A DNA stretch of 64,000 nt from Macrostomum lignano (GCA_002269645.1 NIVC01001364.1:124001-188000), one strand, 5' to 3'. Shown: positions 1-19,140, counted from the stretch's first letter. Made by a program: numbers and translations. Notes: generated by a model not told the origin, from the letters alone.

Positions 1-325
1 AACTGATCAATTCGCCGATATGTAGCGTAGGAAACTATCGGGCAATCCATTTTTGTTGCTACCCAAATGCTTTTTTTATAGCTGATAAGCTGAAGAAAAA
101 CAATAAAAAGCTTCAATTTTAGATCGCCTCGTTCAATATATGAGTTGTCGGGGTGATGGGATTCCCTATGTGTCCACCGATATGTAGCGTAGAAAACTTT
201 ATCAGGCAATATCGAAAAAACGTTACAATCGTATCTATGGCAACCGATTTGTTGCTATGCAAATAGCTATGGACAAAAAATGTTGCCATGCGGATGTAGC
301 TTAAGAGAACGGGTGCACATCCGGT

Positions 326-1346
326 TCACTTAAACAGCTCCCGCTTAGCCCGGAAGTTCTCCTGCCGGATCCGGTCCTCTTCCTCCTTCTTCTGACGCTG
401 GCGCTGCTCCTCGCGCAGCTCGGCCTCGTACTGGCCGCCAGCCGCGTGGATGCCGATCTTGGCCTCGAAGAAGTCCTTGGCGCCGCGCACGCCGACTTCG
501 TCGACGCTGACAGCCTCCACGCCGACGTATTCGGCGTACCAGGCCAGCAGGTTCTTGTGCGAGTCCAGCTGGCCGGCAGCGGCCCGCCTGAACATGCTGA
601 GGAAGCCGCGAAAGTCCAGCCGGTTCGAGCCGGCCGGGGGAGCCTCGAAGTCGCGCATCAGCGCCTTCAGGCCCAGGTAAGTCTGCGGCGCGCCCAGCCG
701 CTCCATCATGCGGGTCAGGTCCTCGCGGCCAAGGTAACCGTCTCTGTCGGGAGGGGTTGGCGCCGCAAGCTGATTGCCTGCCGTCTCATTCTATTTGTTC
801 TACTTCTCAATCTACCTTTTCTACTTTTTAATCTACCTGTTCTACTTCTTAATCTACCTGCTCTACTTCTCAATCTACCTGTTCTATTTCTCACTCTACC
901 CGCTCTACTTCTTGATCTAGCTACTTCTTAGTCTACTTGCTCTACTTCTTACTCTACTTCTCAATCCACCTCTCTAATTTCTAATCTATCTGCTTTAATC
1001 ATCACTCTACTTCTCAATCCACCTGTTCTAATTCTTAATCTACCTACCTCCTAGTCTACCTGCTCTACTTCTCAATGTACCTGTTCGACCTCTCACTCAA
1101 CCTGTTCTACTTCTCATTCTACCCCTTAATCTACCTGATCTACCTTTCACTCTACCTATCTTCTCAACTAATCTATCTACTCTACCTACTCTTACAGTAG
1201 CGACCCCGCATCAATTCAACTTCTTGTCATTCACCCCCTCACCTGTCGCCATCGAACTCGTCGAAGGCCTCCTTCAATTTGACCACACCTTTGCGGCCAA
1301 ACTCGGGGAACTCGGCGTAGGCGTTGAACTTCTTTGAGACGGGCAT
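326..1346 (-). CDS. EFHD2: EF-hand domain protein, EFHD1/EFHD2 (swiprosin-1)-like; exons 1346-1243 and 743-326; 5' end uncertain
   Basis: Splicing AG|GTGAG (donor after 1243) to ccctcccgacag|A (acceptor before 743) joins ...FNAYAEFPEF..AFDEFDGDR to DGYLGREDLTRMMERLGAPQTYLGLK..LDFRGFLSMFRRAAAG.. and a C-terminal coiled coil ending ELFK. This matches the EFHD2 pattern (FNPYTEF, MEKLGAPQTHLGLK, SFREFLLIFRKAAAG). First in-frame ATG is at 1346, but the frame is open to about 1576. Confidence 0.9.
780..1200. repeat. Degenerate intronic tandem repeat (ctacttctcaatctacctg-like)
   Basis: Recurrent ctact/ctacct motifs filling the EF-hand gene intron. Confidence 0.7.
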
Positions 1347-1599
1347 TCGCTTCCAAGTGACCTCGCCATTGGGCCCGACGGACTCGATGTCGCAGCCGGC
1401 AGGCAGAGCTGCAGGCGTCGAGCTTGAGCTTCGCCTACTAGACGAGCCAGACGATGTCAATTCAGCTGGTCGCGCCTCCTGCTGCTGCTGCTGCTGAGCC
1501 TCCAGCAGCTCAGTCGGCGACTGCGGTTCCGGAGAATGGGCCAGCTTGGCTACCGCGGCCTGGAACAGCGGGGCTGCTGCGGGTGAGCAAACTCTACAC

Positions 1600-2090
1600 A
1601 GTCTTCTGCTTTGGGTCTTCTACTACTAAGAGTCTTCTGCCTTGGGTCTTCTACTACTAAGAGTCTTCTGCTTTGGGTCTTCTACTACTAAGAGTCTTCT
1701 GCTTTGGGTCTTCTACTACTAAGAGTCTTCTGCTTTGGGTCTTCTACTTCTCAGTCTTCTGCTTTGAGTCTTTTACTTCTCAGAGCCTTCTGCTTTGGGT
1801 CTTCTACTACTAAGAGTCTTCTGCTTTGGGTCTTCTACTTTTCAGTCTTCTGCTTTGGGTCTTCTACTGCTAAGAGTCTTCTGCTTTGGGTCTTCTACTT
1901 CTTAGAGTCTTCTGCTTTGGATCTTCTACTTCTCAGAGTCTTCTGCTTTGGGTCTACTACTGTTTCTGCTTTGGATCTACTAATGTTTCTACTTTGGGTC
2001 TTCTACTTCTTAGAGTCTTCTGCTTCGAGTCTTCTGCTTCGGGTCTTCTACTTCTCAGAGTCTTCTGCTTTAAGCCTTCTACTCTCGGTA
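1600..2090. repeat. Minisatellite, ~31-34 bp unit (gagtcttctgctttgggtcttctactactaa)
   Basis: Direct tandem copies visible, degenerating to the right. Confidence 0.9.
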
Positions 2091-2964
2091 ATCCAGAAAT
2101 GATCTACAGTCACCCTAGTCCCCTCTACCTAAAATCCCCAAAAAAACAAACTTACGTTAAACGACAACGAAAGAAAACTCAAGAACAAGGAAGCTTAATT
2201 AGCTTGCGGATGGCTTGGGGGCTCCTATGCAAAACGCACACAATAACAGGAACAGATTATTTATAGACGCACACACTCGCTCCGAGAGACACTGCATCCA
2301 AGCTACGCAGAGCAAGTTCCTATTTATATACTTCTGGCTGTGTACAACTAACTAAACTGCCCGTGGGCAGGGTGTGTGTGGGTGAGATACTGAGGAAGGA
2401 AGGCTTAGCCGAAGTTCTGAACACACAGGGCGCCCCCACTAACTTCTAGACCGTATAAAGCCTCAAAACCATATCAACGTGTTTATAGATATATAGGCAT
2501 AGCCGCACATAGCACGCCGGCTATTAAACCAATAACCAAAAGATTTAGCAAAACCGGAAACGGCAAGATTAATTATGAACCATAACTGGCCAGCTCGCAT
2601 GACAGAAAGTTAATTTCTAATGGATTATCAATTGTTAAAATCTGTTCACACACGTGAACAGGCCGGAACACACTGGCAAAAGCAAATTCAACAGTAAACA
2701 GAAAAGAAATAAACTTCACCTACTATAAGGCTATAGCGAAACTGTTTCTAAGATAGATTTATAACACAAATGATCAAGCAAAAATTTAATTCAATTTCAC
2801 ATCGATCGATCGAGCATACATTTTAACTCCTCTATGAAGTTTTTAACGGATCGATAACAGGATATTGTATTTACATTTTAATTCTGACATTTACTCGATA
2901 AAAGCAGCAACTAAAACCATCGAGTTATACGTGAAAATATTCTTTGCCAGTGAAAGATCGGGAA

Positions 2965-3470
2965 TCCAACTGTGATGTCTGGGAGATTTGGAAGATCTGG
3001 AAGTGACTTTTGTGGGATTTGGGAAGTGAGATGCGTGGGATTTGGGAAGTGAGATTTGTGGGATCTGGAAATGAGATTTGTGAATTGTGGGATCTGGAAA
3101 TGAGATTTGTGAATTGTGGGATCTGGAAATGAGATTTGTGGAATCCGGAAAATGAGATTTGGGGGATCTGGAAGTGATATTTGGGGATCTGGAAGTGATA
3201 TTTGGGGATCTGGAAGTTAGTTTGGGAGATCTGGGAAGTGATATTTGGGAGATCTGGAAGAGAGATTTGGGAGATCTGGGAAGTGAGATTTGTGGGATCT
3301 GAAAGTGAGATTTGGGAGATCTGGGAAGTGAGATTTGTGGGATCTGGAAATGAGGTTTTTGGGAGCTGGAAGAGAGATTTGGGAGATCTGGGAAGTGAGA
3401 TTTGTGGGATCTGGAAATGAGATATGCGAGATCGTTGGGGACCTGAGTGTGGAATTTGTGGATCTAGATT
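2965..3470. repeat. Degenerate G/A-rich minisatellite (gagatttgtgggatctggaa)
   Basis: Tandem ~20-30 bp variants between the F-box stop codon and the EF-hand gene. Confidence 0.85.
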
Positions 3471-3525
3471 GAATGGGGATGCAGAAGTACCTCGCCTAGA
3501 AAGCAGTCAGCGAAGCCTCATCATG

Positions 3526-3942
3526 TCAGGCCGCACTGCTTGACCCCTCGGCAGCGCAGTGCACAAAGTCGGAGCGCACGCAAATTTTCTCAACGGCCTC
3601 CTCAGAGTCGATCTCCTGACAGTCCCTGTCATCGGAGGGCGGCGCTTCAAACCGCCAACTGAGCAGCAGGTGGCCGCGGGTGCCCGTAGCCAGCAGTAGC
3701 AGCGGCTGACGGCGACACGGCGAGGCGTCGAGGCCGTCGTCAAACCAGCTTGGCGCGGCCCAGGGCGCCGGCAGGGGCACGCAGAGCGGCTCCAGCAGCA
3801 CCATCTGGAGCAGGCTGGACAGCCCGATGACTGACAGCGGCCTGCGCCAGCCGGGCCTGTGCAGGGCGAGGCCCAGTCCCACCGAGGCGGAGATGCCCAA
3901 AATGGCGAAGAATTTGGCTCCGTAGCCGCACAGCAGAATGTC
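3526..3942 (-). CDS. F-box protein, exon 4 (terminal)
   Basis: Acceptor ccccatctcccag|GAC, phase 0, matching the phase-0 donor of exon 3. Open to TGA at 3528-3526 (DILLCGYGAK...GSSSAA*). GC-rich coding-like composition. Confidence 0.75.
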   Translation of the reverse strand, partial: DILLCGYGAKFFAILGISASVGLGLALHRPGWRRPLSVIGLSSLLQMVLLEPLCVPLPAPWAAPSWFDDGLDASPCRRQPLLLLATGTRGHLLLSWRFEAPPSDDRDCQEIDSEEAVEKICVRSDFVHCAAEGSSSAA

Positions 3943-4014
3943 CTGGGAGATGGGGAGTTCGAGTTTACTTTGCGCTTGATTCACAATTTACAATTTTCGG
4001 TGACTGTCTAAAAT

Positions 4015-4360
4015 GTGATAATTGCCTGTCACACTCGTGACCATCAAGTGTGATCGCAATTGGACCTTTAATAATAATGTGACCCTGCAATGTGACCGTC
4101 AAATAAATGGTCACTCTAGTGTGACCGTTAATGTGACCGTCAAATAAATGGTCACTCTAGTGTGACCGTTAATGTGACCGTCAAAAGACAAAAAGACCGT
4201 CATTGTGACCCTTGTGTTAATTTAGGTAGATTTAGGAAAACATAAACGTCAAAAACGAACAAGCTGGTAGGTAGGAGTGACCGTGAGTGACGATAAAATG
4301 ATTTGCCTATTTTGACGGTCACATTAGAGGGTCACAAAGCCAAAATGTGACCGTCCCAGT
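4015..4360. repeat. Cluster of direct and inverted TGTGACCGTCA motifs, possible DNA-transposon relic
   Basis: A ~40-bp tandem duplication at ~4085-4185 and inverted copies (tttgacggtcaca) near 4310-4330. No clear TIR or TSD found. Confidence 0.45.
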
Positions 4361-4433
4361 TTTATCGCATTTAAAAATTGCATTGATTCTAAGAAACACA
4401 TTGCATAATTGGAAATATGGAAAATTCCTTTAT

Positions 4434-5012
4434 TGATTCCCTATCGATTCCAGGAATGGACAATTCCCTATCGATTCCAGGAATGGACAATTCCCTATCG
4501 ATTCCAGGAATGGACAATTCCCTATCGATTCCAGGAATGGACAATTCCCTATCGATTCCGAGAATGGACAATTCCCTATCGATTCCAGGAATGGACAATT
4601 CCCTATCGATTCCAGGAATGGACAATTCCCTATCGATTCCAGGAATGGACAATTCCCTATCGATTCCAGGAATGGACAATTCCCTATCGATTCCAGGAAT
4701 GGACAATTGCCTATCGATTCCAGGAATGGACAATTCCCTATCGACTCCAGGAATGGACAATTGCCTATCGATTCCAGGAATGGACAATTCCCTATCGACT
4801 CCAGGAATGGACAATTCCCTATCGACTCCAGGAATGGACAATTCCCTATCAATTCCAGGAATGGACAATTCCCTATCGATTCCAGGAATGGACAATTCCC
4901 TATCGATTCCAGGAATGGACAATTCCCTATCGATTCCAGGAATGGACAATTCCCTATCGATTCCAGGAATGGACAATTCCCTATCGATTCCAGGAATGGA
5001 CAATTGCCTTTC
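4434..5012. repeat. 27-bp minisatellite (ttccctatcgattccaggaatggacaa), ~21 copies
   Basis: Near-perfect tandem copies. They explain the 9-aa-periodic ORFs in five frames and lie in F-box intron 3. Confidence 0.97.
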
Positions 5013-5076
5013 GATTTTAGGAACCGCAGACAGCCAGGGGGAGCCAGGGTAATCAATGTCAGCGGCGGTAACCTAC

Positions 5077-5619
5077 CTCAGACTGGAAGGTCCTCTCGTA
5101 TTCGAAGGACTCCTCCATCACCAGCTTGCCGGCCTGGTGGTGGTTACCGCCGTCGAGCACGCGGTGCCGGACAACTAGAAGAGACGAGCGGCGCTCTGAC
5201 AAGCCAACGTGCGCCTTAATCGCCATGGTAACCAGCTGGCGGCACTCGGTGGCGGCATCGACGGCCGGCCGGCTCCACCGCAGGAATCCCTTCAAAGGCC
5301 GCTGCCAAGTCAACCGATCGGTTAGTCGGATACTGCGACACCCGACTTCAACGACAGTCACCAGGGATTCACGACGAGTCAGTGCAGCGTAGTAAAACTG
5401 ACGCTGATTGGCCAGCCGTGTCGGGCCGACGGAAATCAGGCGATTGCGGCGGAACAGATCGCCGGCGTCGCTGTGCAGAGTAGCGGCAGCGTCGGGCACT
5501 TGAAGCACCGGCGGCTGAGGCTGCGATTGGCACCATTGAGTTGAGGCGTTTGGCGATGGACGAGGCTGCGGCGGCAGCGACCAGAGCAGCAGACGGTTGA
5601 GGCTTGTGAGAAGCAGCAC
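5077..5619 (-). CDS. F-box protein, exon 3
   Basis: Acceptor aattccccag|GTG at 5619 and donor GAG|GTAGGT at 5077. 543 nt, phase 0-0, open frame. Confidence 0.75.
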
Positions 5620-5649
5620 CTGGGGAATTGTCAGTGAGCAGAACTACAG

Positions 5650-7285
5650 AACTAGGCTCAGCTTCTCCTGACATGGCTCAGCTACTCCTGACATGGCTCA
5701 GCTTCTCCTGACATGGCTCAGCTACTCCTGACATGGCTCAGCTACTCGACATGGCTCAGCTACTCCTGACATGGCTCAGCTACTCGACATGGCTCAGCTT
5801 CTCCTGACATGGCTCAGCTTCTCCTGACATGGCTCAGCTTCTCCTGACATGGCTCAGCTACTCCTGACATGGCTCAGCTACTCGACATGGCTCAGCTACT
5901 CCTGAAATGGCTCAGCTACTCCTGACATGGCTCAGCTACTCGACATGGCTCAGCTTCTCCTGACATGGCTCAGCTTCTCCTGACATGGCTCAGCTTCTCC
6001 TGACATGGCTCAGCTACTCCTGACATGGCTCAGCTACTCGACATGGCTCAGCTTCTCCTGACATGGCTCAGCTTCTCCTGACATGGCTCAGCTTCTCCTG
6101 ACATGGCTCAGCTACTCCTGACATGGCTCAGCTACTCGACATGGCTCAGCTACTCCTGACATGGCTCAGCTTCTCCTGACATGGCTCAGCTTCTCCTGAC
6201 ATGGCTCAGCTACTCGACATGGCTCAGCTACTCGACATGGCTCAGCTTCTCCTGACATGGCTCAGCTTCTCCTGACATGGCTCAGCTTCTCCTGACATGG
6301 CTCAGCTACTCCTGACATGGCTCAGCTACTCGACATGGCTCAGCTACTCCTGACATGGCTCAGCTACTCGACATGGCTCAGCTTCTCCTGACATGGCTCA
6401 GCTTCTCCTGACATGGCTCAGCTTCTCCTGACATGGCTCAGCTACTCCTGACATGGCTCAGCTACTCGACATGGCTCAGCTACTCCTGAAATGGCTCAGC
6501 TACTCCTGACATGGCTCAGCTACTCGACATGGCTCAGCTTCTCCTGACATGGCTCAGCTTCTCCTGACATGGCTCAGCTTCTCCTGACATGGCTCAGCTA
6601 CTCCTGACATGGCTCAGCTACTCGACATGGCTCAGCTTCTCCTGACATGGCTCAGCTTCTCCTGACATGGCTCAGCTTCTCCTGACATGGCTCAGCTACT
6701 CCTGACATGGCTCAGCTACTCGACATGGCTCAGCTACTCCTGACATGGCTCAGCTTCTCCTGACATGGCTCAGCTTCTCCTGACATGGCTCAGCTACTCG
6801 ACATGGCTCAGCTACTCGACATGGCTCAGCTACTCCTGACATGGCTCAGCTACTCGACATGGCTCAGCTTCTCCTGACATGGCTCAGCTTCTCCTGACAT
6901 GGCTCAGCTTCTCCTGACATGGCTCAGCTACTCCTGACATGGCTCAGCTACTCGACATGGCTCAGCTACTCCTGACATGGCTCAGCTACTCGACATGGCT
7001 CAGCTTCTCCTGACATGGCTCAGCTTCTCCTGACATGGCTCAGCTACTCGACATGGCTCAGCTACTCCTGACATGGCTCAGCTACTCCTGACATGGCTCA
7101 GCTACTCGACATGGCTCAGCTTCTCCTGACATGGCTCAGCTACTCCTGACATGGCTCAGCTACTCGACATGGCTCAGCTACTCCTGAGATGGCTCAGCTA
7201 CTCGACATGGCTCAGCTTCTCCTGACATGGCTCAGCTTCTCCTGACATGGCTCAGCTACTCCTGACGGCTCAGCTACTCCTGACC
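5650..7285. repeat. 20/18-bp minisatellite (acatggctcagct[t/a]ctcctg; acatggctcagctactcg) with higher-order structure
   Basis: About 80 tandem units of three main variants, in F-box intron 2. Confidence 0.97.
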
Positions 7286-7840
7286 TACCTTAGACACTCT
7301 TGACATACCTTAGACACTCCTGACCTACCTAGGACACTCCTGACCTACCTAAGACACTCCTGACCTACCTTAAACACTCTTGCCCTACCTTACACACTTC
7401 TGACCTACCTTAGACACTCCTGACCTATCTAAGACACTAATGACTTACCTACCTAAGACACTCCTGACCTACCTTAAACACTCTTGACCTACCTTACACT
7501 CTTGACCTACCTTACACACGTCTGACCTACCTTAGATACTCCTGACCTATCTAAGACACTTCTGACCTATTATAGACACTCCTGACCTACATTAGACGCT
7601 CTTGAGCTACATTAGACACTCCTGACCTATCTAAGACACTCCTGACCAACCTTACTCACTCCTGACCTACCTAAGACACTCCTGACCTACTTTAGGCACT
7701 CCTGACCTGCCTAAGACACTCCTGACCTACCTTAGGCACTCCTGACCTGCCTAAGACACTCCTGACCTGCCTAAGACACTCCTGAACTACCTTAGGCACT
7801 CCTGACCTACCTTAGGCACTCCTGACCTGCCTAAGACATA
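7286..7840. repeat. Degenerate 20-bp minisatellite (acctaccttagacactcctg)
   Basis: Tandem copies contiguous with the previous array and sharing the actcctgac core. Confidence 0.9.
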
Positions 7841-7891
7841 TGACACACGATAAAGTTAATTCAAGCCAGCGCAAGTCCTCGTATTTCCTAC

Positions 7892-8239
7892 CTGAACGCG
7901 ACCGCATTCGCCGCACACGTGGGCGGCCGTAGCTGATACCCTCTCGCCGTCAGTTAGCCGAATAAACGCCAACGGCGTTGCATCAACCGACGCCAGAGTG
8001 GTGCCGGCGTCGGCCAGAGACACTACAGCGTGCAGTCCGCCGCCAGCTGGCCCGGCAACCAGCACGGCCAGCTGGGAGTCCCGACAGTAGCCGTTCGCCC
8101 TGGCGTTGGCGTTGGCCCGGCCGGCCGGGGAAAAGCCGCTCACGTGAAGCCGTCGAAATCGAACCCGCTGAGTCGATGGTTCGAAATAGTCGAGTAGCAG
8201 CTCAGCGTCGGAACTGCTGAATGGGTTCGAGTGCACCGT
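7892..8239 (-). CDS. F-box protein, exon 2
   Basis: Acceptor cctccctcccgccag|ACG at 8239 and donor CAG|GTAGGA at 7892. 348 nt, phase 0-0, open frame. Confidence 0.75.
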
Positions 8240-8434
8240 CTGGCGGGAGGGAGGGGAGACAATGGCATTTGTAATAATGGCGGATTAAAACATATCCAAT
8301 AAAGTCCTTTCTGATTAACATGAAGCATTTCTTTGAAAACCATAAAACGGAGTACAGTTTAAACATTGATTCCTTAAAAACTTCAACTTTCCATTTGATT
8401 GTAACAATGGAAGGTTTATCAATTTTAGAAATAT

Positions 8435-8930
8435 AAAATTCCCCGCCAGTTCTAGGAACAGAAAATTCCCCGTTGATTCTAGGAATGGAAAATTACCCGT
8501 CAATTCTAAGAATAGAAAATTCCCAGTTGATTCTAAGAATAGAAAATTCCCCGTTGATTCTAAGAATAGAAATTCCCCGTTGATTCTAAGAATAGAAAAT
8601 TCCCAGTTGATTCTAAGAATAGAAAATTCCCAGTTGATTCTAAGAATAGAAAATTCCCCGTTGATTCTAAGAATAGAAATTCCCCGTTGATTCTAAGAAT
8701 AGAAAATTCCCAGTTGATTCTAAGAATAGAAATTCCCCGTTGATTCTAAGAATAGAAAATTCCCAGTTGATTCTAGGAAAAAATCACCATCAATTCTAGG
8801 AATAAAAAATCCTTATCGATTCTAGAAATAAAAAATCCCCATCGATTATAGGAATAAAAATTCCCGTCTATTCTAGTCATGGAAAATTCCCCATTGATTC
8901 TAGGAATATAAAAGTTCCACTGATTCTAGT
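8435..8930. repeat. Diverged 27-bp minisatellite (ttccccgttgattctaagaatagaaaa)
   Basis: Tandem copies alignable without gaps to the 4434-5012 unit. Confidence 0.85.
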
Positions 8931-10087
8931 ATACAAAAAGCCACAGGTATTTTTGAATATTTGAAGACTGATTAAAAAAGGAAAAAATGAAGTAAATTAG
9001 TTCATGCAATTAACAGAACACAGAAAAAATGAATTTCTAGAAGCATAGCGAAGCTAAGAAAGTGATGAAAATTTGTAACATCTATTAAGCGCAATAGCAA
9101 GTGAAATGCAATGACAATTATAAAAAAACTGTTTTCTCACCAACTAAACCTAACCACAAAATCACGCAAAAAGAGGCTGGCCTGAATGCTGGCCAAGCTA
9201 AAATGCCGCGCTAGTATAGAGATAGATAGATAATGTAGCCAAGCTGGCTTGCATTCCATGTGGCATAACATACACGCGAATATGCTTTCCACGGGAATAA
9301 TGTGGATAGATTTATCTAACATAAAACTCTGATGCAAAATCAACAAATTAGTTTGATAAGCGTGCAGCCCGGAATGCTGGCAAAAAAGGAAATGGTTATT
9401 AACTCAAGTAGGTAGGCACAGAGGTACCAAATATAGATAAAACAGGCAACGATTTCCTACATTTAAAGTTATTTTGATAAGCAGACAGATTGCGTTGCGC
9501 GCATCATCTACTGCTAGTAGAAATATGAGCATTTTTCTACAAAATATTTCAATTGAAAATTTAAAATACAACTCCCCCCTCAGCCGCTGCTAGTAGGTTG
9601 GGTTTGACAACTGTGGAAGATGGCAACTCGCAACTCAACCATATAGCAGATTGGTCTAGACCTCAGCTTATTCTCTGTACAGCCTCTGAGTGCGTGTGCT
9701 CAGGAGGCATCGGTTAGTTAGTCAGTTAGCAATTGTGCATTGATTGGGGCTTTGGGAGCTGCCGCAAACAAAGGCGACTGTTTTGAAGGATGACGCAAGC
9801 AGCCTATTGACTGATTCAGATACTTCTTTAGTTACAGGCACAGATACTAGAATAACTAGATGGGCCAAATTTACGCGTAAACTACTTTCAGTTCAGTAGT
9901 AAGTTAAACAAAAGCATTTTAATGCATTTTAAAGGCCAAGGCTCATTCATTAGCTCTTACCCCCAGCTTAAACCCTCCAACTGCGCCTTTCCACACTACC
10001 CCCCTCCGCCCCGCCCCAATTTTATTGCCTTTCTCGGAATCCAGCCTAAATCTGCCATGTACACTTCAGAGGACTGGCTAATCTCTA

Positions 10088-12031
10088 TCTCTACCTATAA
10101 AAACCAAAACTCTGTCTGTCTGTCTGTGGACAAATTACTTCGCTATGGACTCCCAAACCACTCAACCAAATGACACCAAACTTTACACCCACCCTAAACT
10201 TACTACGGAGAATGTCTTAGGCTACCTTTAAATTTCCCAGACTCAAGTCTTCCTACCCAAAACTACAAAAAACTGCTCAAAATGCGCGATTTTTTCACTT
10301 AATCCTCCATAGCGCCGCTCCACTTCTACCGATTCTCTTCAAATTTGACACAGATAATCTTTAACTATTTTGGAACAATCATGTAAAATTTCGAGTCTCA
10401 AAGTTAATCCTGAGCGGTGCTGTGCACTTTTAAAGTTAGGCTGTTTTTTTCAGCGTAGCAACCACCCCAACCTCCGCCCGCCTGCCTCTCTTTCTCGATC
10501 CCGATCTGGGCCCAGAAGTGTAAAAAGGTTTCAAGATTGACTAACTTTCAGCTGCCATAAGTTTGCTCTACGTAAAGCGATTGACTTCAAACTTGACACA
10601 ATTCTTCATTGACCCATTCTCTATCTAAATGTAAAGTTTCAACTCTGTAACTCAACCGAAAAAGAAACTGTAAGCATGTGAAGTTTGTCTGCTTTTTCTG
10701 TTGTTTGTGCCACTCACTCACTCATTCCTCCAGAGCCAGACGAAGGGTCAGGCGATAGGACTGAATGTACATAGCAAATGTACAGTGTTTTGGAATAACT
10801 TTATTTATAGCCTTCTCTGCAACCCGAGAGTGGAGAGGCTACGTTTAGCCATAACAGTTTAGTGAGAAATTCTAACCACTGCCCTCCCCTCTGTATTGGC
10901 AAACTCTGCAGCAGTTTAACACTGGATGGCAATTGGCAATTGGCAATTGGCAAATCGAGGGAATCCACTATCCAGCATGGTTTGTAAAAGCGAAAGATTT
11001 ATGAAAAGGCGATGCGATGCAATGCAATACAACCCTACTAAATTAGGCACACCATGGAAATTTTAGGTTTCTTTTAAAGGTACTGTGTAAATTTTAAATA
11101 GCCTCCTAAGAAATGCGTATTTCCTTGGTTGTTAGACTGATGCAGACTGCAGTGGAGCTGAAGATACACAAATTCCTTGAAGGGCTGCAAATTGGCAAGA
11201 AAGATGACGTGATCAAAGCATGAGAACAACCATGAGAGTACTACGTCCCACAAACTGGCTTTCCAAGCAGGGATGGGCAGACTTTTACCTCAAAGGCCAG
11301 ATAAAGAATCCAGCTCATAGCTGAGGGGCAGATGAAAGTGGAAAGAAGAAGGAATAGACGATTCGAAGAGAGGAGAGGCGACAAAGGGGATAAAAGAAAA
11401 GATAAAAGATAATAGGAGAGATGAGGGGGTGAGGACGATGAGAGAAGAGGGGAGAGAGGAAAAGCGAGAGGAGAGAGTAGAGATGAGAGAGCAGAGAGCT
11501 GCAGATGAGAGGAGAGAGGAGACAGCAGAGAGGAGAGCAGAAAGGAAACAGGTGAAAGAAGAGATGAGAGAGTAAAGGGAAGAGAGAAGAGATAAAGATA
11601 CATCTCTACATCTCTAAGGTTGTAGAGATGAGAGAGGTGGAAGGAGAGATGAGAAATGAGAGATGAGAGATAAAGGAGAGAGGAGAGTGGAGTGAGAGAA
11701 GAGAGGGAGACAGAGTATAGAAAAGGGAAGAGAAGAGAAAAGAAGAAAGTAGAAAGGAAAGTGAGGAGTCAAAAGAGGGGAAAGAAAAGAGTACAGAGGA
11801 GAGAGGTGAGAGAACATATAATACAGAGATGCCAGATTAAAGAGGGGGATGAGAGAGCAGAGACGAGAGTGAACAGATAAAAGATGGGAGAGTAGAGAGA
11901 ACAGAGGAGAGGTTACAGAGACGAGAGGAGAGAGGAGAGACAAAGGTAGAGAAGTGAGTGAGGAGAGAGGAGAGGAAAGAGGAGAATGGAGAGGGGAGAG
12001 AGTAGAGAGAGGAGAGATAAGAGAGAAAGAC

Positions 12032-12112
<81 letters not shown>

Positions 12113-12902
12113 GGGGGAGCAGAGAGAAATGAGAAGAGATAAGAGATAAAAGATAAAAGAAGAGAAAGGAATGATGAGAGAGCAAAGACGAGAGAGAAAA
12201 GAGGTGAGGGAAGAGACGAGAGAAGAGGGGAGAGATGAGAGAGGAGAGGGGGAGAGAGGAGAGAGGAGAGGAGAGAGAAAACGAAAAAGTAGAGAGGAGA
12301 AAGGAGAGGAGAGAGAAACGAAGAGACAAGAGATGAGATAAGAGAGATGAAAGAGAAGAGAGATGAGGGAAGATATGAGAGAATAGGGGAGAGATGAGAG
12401 AGTAGAGGAGAGGGGGAGAGAGGAGAGAGGAGAGGAGAGAGAAAACGAAAAAGTAGACAGGAGAAAGGAGGGGAGAGAGAAACGAAGAGACAAGAGATGA
12501 GATAAGAGAGATGAAAGAGAAGAGAGATGAGGGAAGATACGAGAGAAGAGGGGAGAGAGGAGAGAGGAGAGACGAGGGACGAGAGAGATGAGAGGAAACA
12601 AAGAGACGATAGAAATTTTAAAGGATCCAAGGGAAGTAGGGAGAGTCAGGGAGAGACCAGAGTTTAGCAATATATGCTTTTAGAGTCAGACAGACATTGC
12701 CTGACATTCTGCGCAGTACCCCAGCCAACAATGTCTCAAACCTTAATTTTACACGAATGTGCTCCATTTTATGTCTACCTCTATCCTACTAACTATTAAC
12801 AAGTTTTTGTTTGTGTATGGCCTTAGATTTCAGAATACATGCAAAAGTAGTTCCGGGTATTGGAATTCCCCGGGTTCAAAATCCGCGGGTTTCAACAGCT
12901 TG
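10088..12902 (+). mobile_element. Non-autonomous Helitron-like element, copy 1 (2815 bp)
   Basis: 5' A|TCTCTACCTATAAAAA followed by a (TCTG)n tract; 3' GC hairpin cccggg-ttcaaaa-tccgcggg then tttcaacagCTTG; internal GA-rich cargo with (GA)n; no transposase ORF. Confidence 0.7.

Positions 12903-19140
<6,238 letters not shown>

Noticed and set aside
15-300. Short direct repeats (gatatgtagcgtag, gttgcta) at the window start
   Set aside because: Possibly the tail of a repeat element, but it is truncated by the window edge and has no definable termini.
4389-5056. Five overlapping 9-aa-repeat ORFs
   Set aside because: Translations of a 27-bp intronic minisatellite; no splice or start context supports them.
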